In this document: piece by piece, positions 61,396 through 62,959 of the stretch | Layout of the letters: each line of letters starts with the position of its first letter | Numbering within the stretch: the stretch's first letter is position 1 | NCBI GenBank assembly: GCA_025351455.1 | Contig: JANXVW010000137.1 | Span: 1 to 62,959 of the forward strand | Reading direction: 5' to 3' | Length of the DNA: 62,959 bases | Source: Betaproteobacteria bacterium | Lineage (GTDB): Bacteria > Pseudomonadota > Gammaproteobacteria > Burkholderiales > JACQAP01 | Position numbers and translations under genes: made by a program | The notes under the pieces: model-generated | What the model saw: the letters and a program-made list of their open reading frames with translations, nothing else | What the model was told of the DNA's origin: nothing | Databases searched by the model: none

Positions 61396-62937
61396 TCAAT
61401 AGCTGCCGTTTTTCTTCCAGTCCTTAATCGCTTCGTTCAGTGCCTTCTCATCGTCGCCAGTCAATTCCTTGTCCATGCGACCGGCAAGCGCCGCGTACTT
61501 CGTTTTCGTGTAGTCACGCAGGGACTTTTCTGCGGAAAGCGCCTTCTTCACGTCGATATCATCGAAATAGCCATTGTTCACCGCGAACAAGGTCAACGCC
61601 ATTTCCCAAACCTGCAGCGGCTGGTACTGCTGCTGTTTCATCAGTTCGGTGACCATGCGGCCGCGTTCGAGTTGTTTGCGTGTGGATTCGTCGAGGTCAG
61701 AGGCAAACTGCGCAAAGGCGGCGAGTTCGCGATATTGGGCCAACGCCAGACGTGCACCACCACCCGTATCCTTGCGCTTCATGATCTTGGTCTGCGCAGC
61801 GCCCCCTACCCGGGACACCGATACACCAGCATTTATTGCGGGCCGGATGCCGGCGTTGAACAAGTCGGTCTCCAGGAAGATCTGACCGTCGGTAATTGAA
61901 ATCACGTTCGTCGGCACGAATGCGGACACGTCGCCGGCCTGTGTTTCGATGATCGGCAATGCGGTCAGCGATCCGGTCTTGCCTTTGACCGCGCCTTTGG
62001 TAAAGCGCTCGACCCAGGCTTCGCTTACGCGTGCAGCGCGCTCCAGCAAGCGTGAGTGCAAATAGAACACGTCGCCGGGATACGCCTCACGGCCCGGCGG
62101 ACGACGCAACAGCAGCGATACCTGGCGATAGGCCCAGGCTTGCTTGGTCAAGTCATCATAAATAATCAGCGCGTCCTGGCCGCGATCACGGAAGTACTCC
62201 CCCATCGTGCAACCGGAATAAGGTGCGATGTATTGCAAGGCCGCGGATTCGGACGCCGTTGCGGCAACGATGATGGTATAGGCCATCGCACCGTGCTCTT
62301 CGAGCTTGCGCACTACGTTTGCGACGGTCGATGCCTTCTGGCCGATGGCGACGTAAACGCAGAATATATCCTTGCCCTTCTGGTTGATGATGGTGTCCAC
62401 CGCCACCGCGGTCTTGCCGGTCTGGCGGTCGCCGATGATCAGTTCGCGCTGTCCGCGTCCGATCGGCACCATTGCATCGATTGCCTTCAGACCGGTCTGG
62501 ACCGGCTGCGAAACCGATTTGCGCCAGATCACACCCGGCGCAACTTTTTCGATGACGTCTGTTTCCTTGGCGTTGATCGGGCCCTTGCCGTCGATCGGCT
62601 GTCCCAGCGCATTTACCACGCGACCGAGCAGTTCGGGACCGATCGGCACTTCCAGAATGCGGCCCGTGCTCTTGACCGGATCGCCTTCGGAAATGTGTTC
62701 GTATTCACCCAGCACCACCGCACCCACCGAGTCGCGCTCGAGGTTTAGTGCGAGGCCGAACGTGTTGCCCGGAAATTCCAGCATTTCCCCCTGCATCACA
62801 TCGGCGAGGCCGTGAATGCGGCAGATGCCATCGGTAACGGAAACGACGGTGCCTTGGGTGCGCACCTCGGAAGACGACGCGAGATTCTGGATCTTGCTCT
62901 TGATCAGCTCGCTGATTTCGGACGGATTCAACTGCAT
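61396..62937 (-). CDS. atpA: F0F1 ATP synthase subunit alpha
   Basis: GDRQTGKTA (P-loop) and the rest of the alpha-subunit pattern; 513 aa. Confidence 0.98.
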   Translation of the reverse strand: MQLNPSEISELIKSKIQNLASSSEVRTQGTVVSVTDGICRIHGLADVMQGEMLEFPGNTFGLALNLERDSVGAVVLGEYEHISEGDPVKSTGRILEVPIGPELLGRVVNALGQPIDGKGPINAKETDVIEKVAPGVIWRKSVSQPVQTGLKAIDAMVPIGRGQRELIIGDRQTGKTAVAVDTIINQKGKDIFCVYVAIGQKASTVANVVRKLEEHGAMAYTIIVAATASESAALQYIAPYSGCTMGEYFRDRGQDALIIYDDLTKQAWAYRQVSLLLRRPPGREAYPGDVFYLHSRLLERAARVSEAWVERFTKGAVKGKTGSLTALPIIETQAGDVSAFVPTNVISITDGQIFLETDLFNAGIRPAINAGVSVSRVGGAAQTKIMKRKDTGGGARLALAQYRELAAFAQFASDLDESTRKQLERGRMVTELMKQQQYQPLQVWEMALTLFAVNNGYFDDIDVKKALSAEKSLRDYTKTKYAALAGRMDKELTGDDEKALNEAIKDWKKNGSY

Positions 62938-62959
62938 GGGTCAAAACTCCTATTTCGTG

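Overview
This is a high-GC chromosomal segment (about 60% GC by eye, not computed). Its gene content and order look betaproteobacterial: phoBR; rlpA-rodA-mrdA-mreDCB divergent from gatCAB; pyrE/xthA/ampG; metXW; lptE-leuS; uvrD; thrB; polA; msbA; zapA-ssrS; atpAGDC. A stand-alone phosphoribulokinase hints at an autotrophic lineage. I can support about 55 protein genes, one tRNA-Arg(CCG), a 6S RNA, a cobalamin riboswitch in front of a TonB-dependent receptor, one IS30-family copy, one decayed livF-type remnant and several intrinsic terminators. Three things stand out. (1) The only clearly foreign piece is an A/T-richer island of about 5.4 kb (about 7.74-13.17 kb) abutting the 3' end of tRNA-Arg. 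It carries an IS30 copy, a 482-aa DUF4328-type membrane protein and a tightly overlapping three-gene cassette with no assignable function: a 261-aa TIGR04255-like protein, a 78-aa Thr/Ala-rich peptide and a 195-aa protein with MazF/PemK-like motif order. This is my best candidate for an undescribed toxin-antitoxin or defence-type system. (2) At least eight intergenic sites carry a dispersed family of elements built from inverted arrays of 7-nt tandem units, and one array sits in frame inside a CDS. (3) A tight minus-strand operon combines an M20 amidohydrolase, a fused MdcD/MdcE-type carboxyltransferase and malonyl-CoA synthetase MatB without any malonate-decarboxylase ACP genes. All calls rest on reading the ORF translations and the raw sequence by eye; no searches or computations were run.
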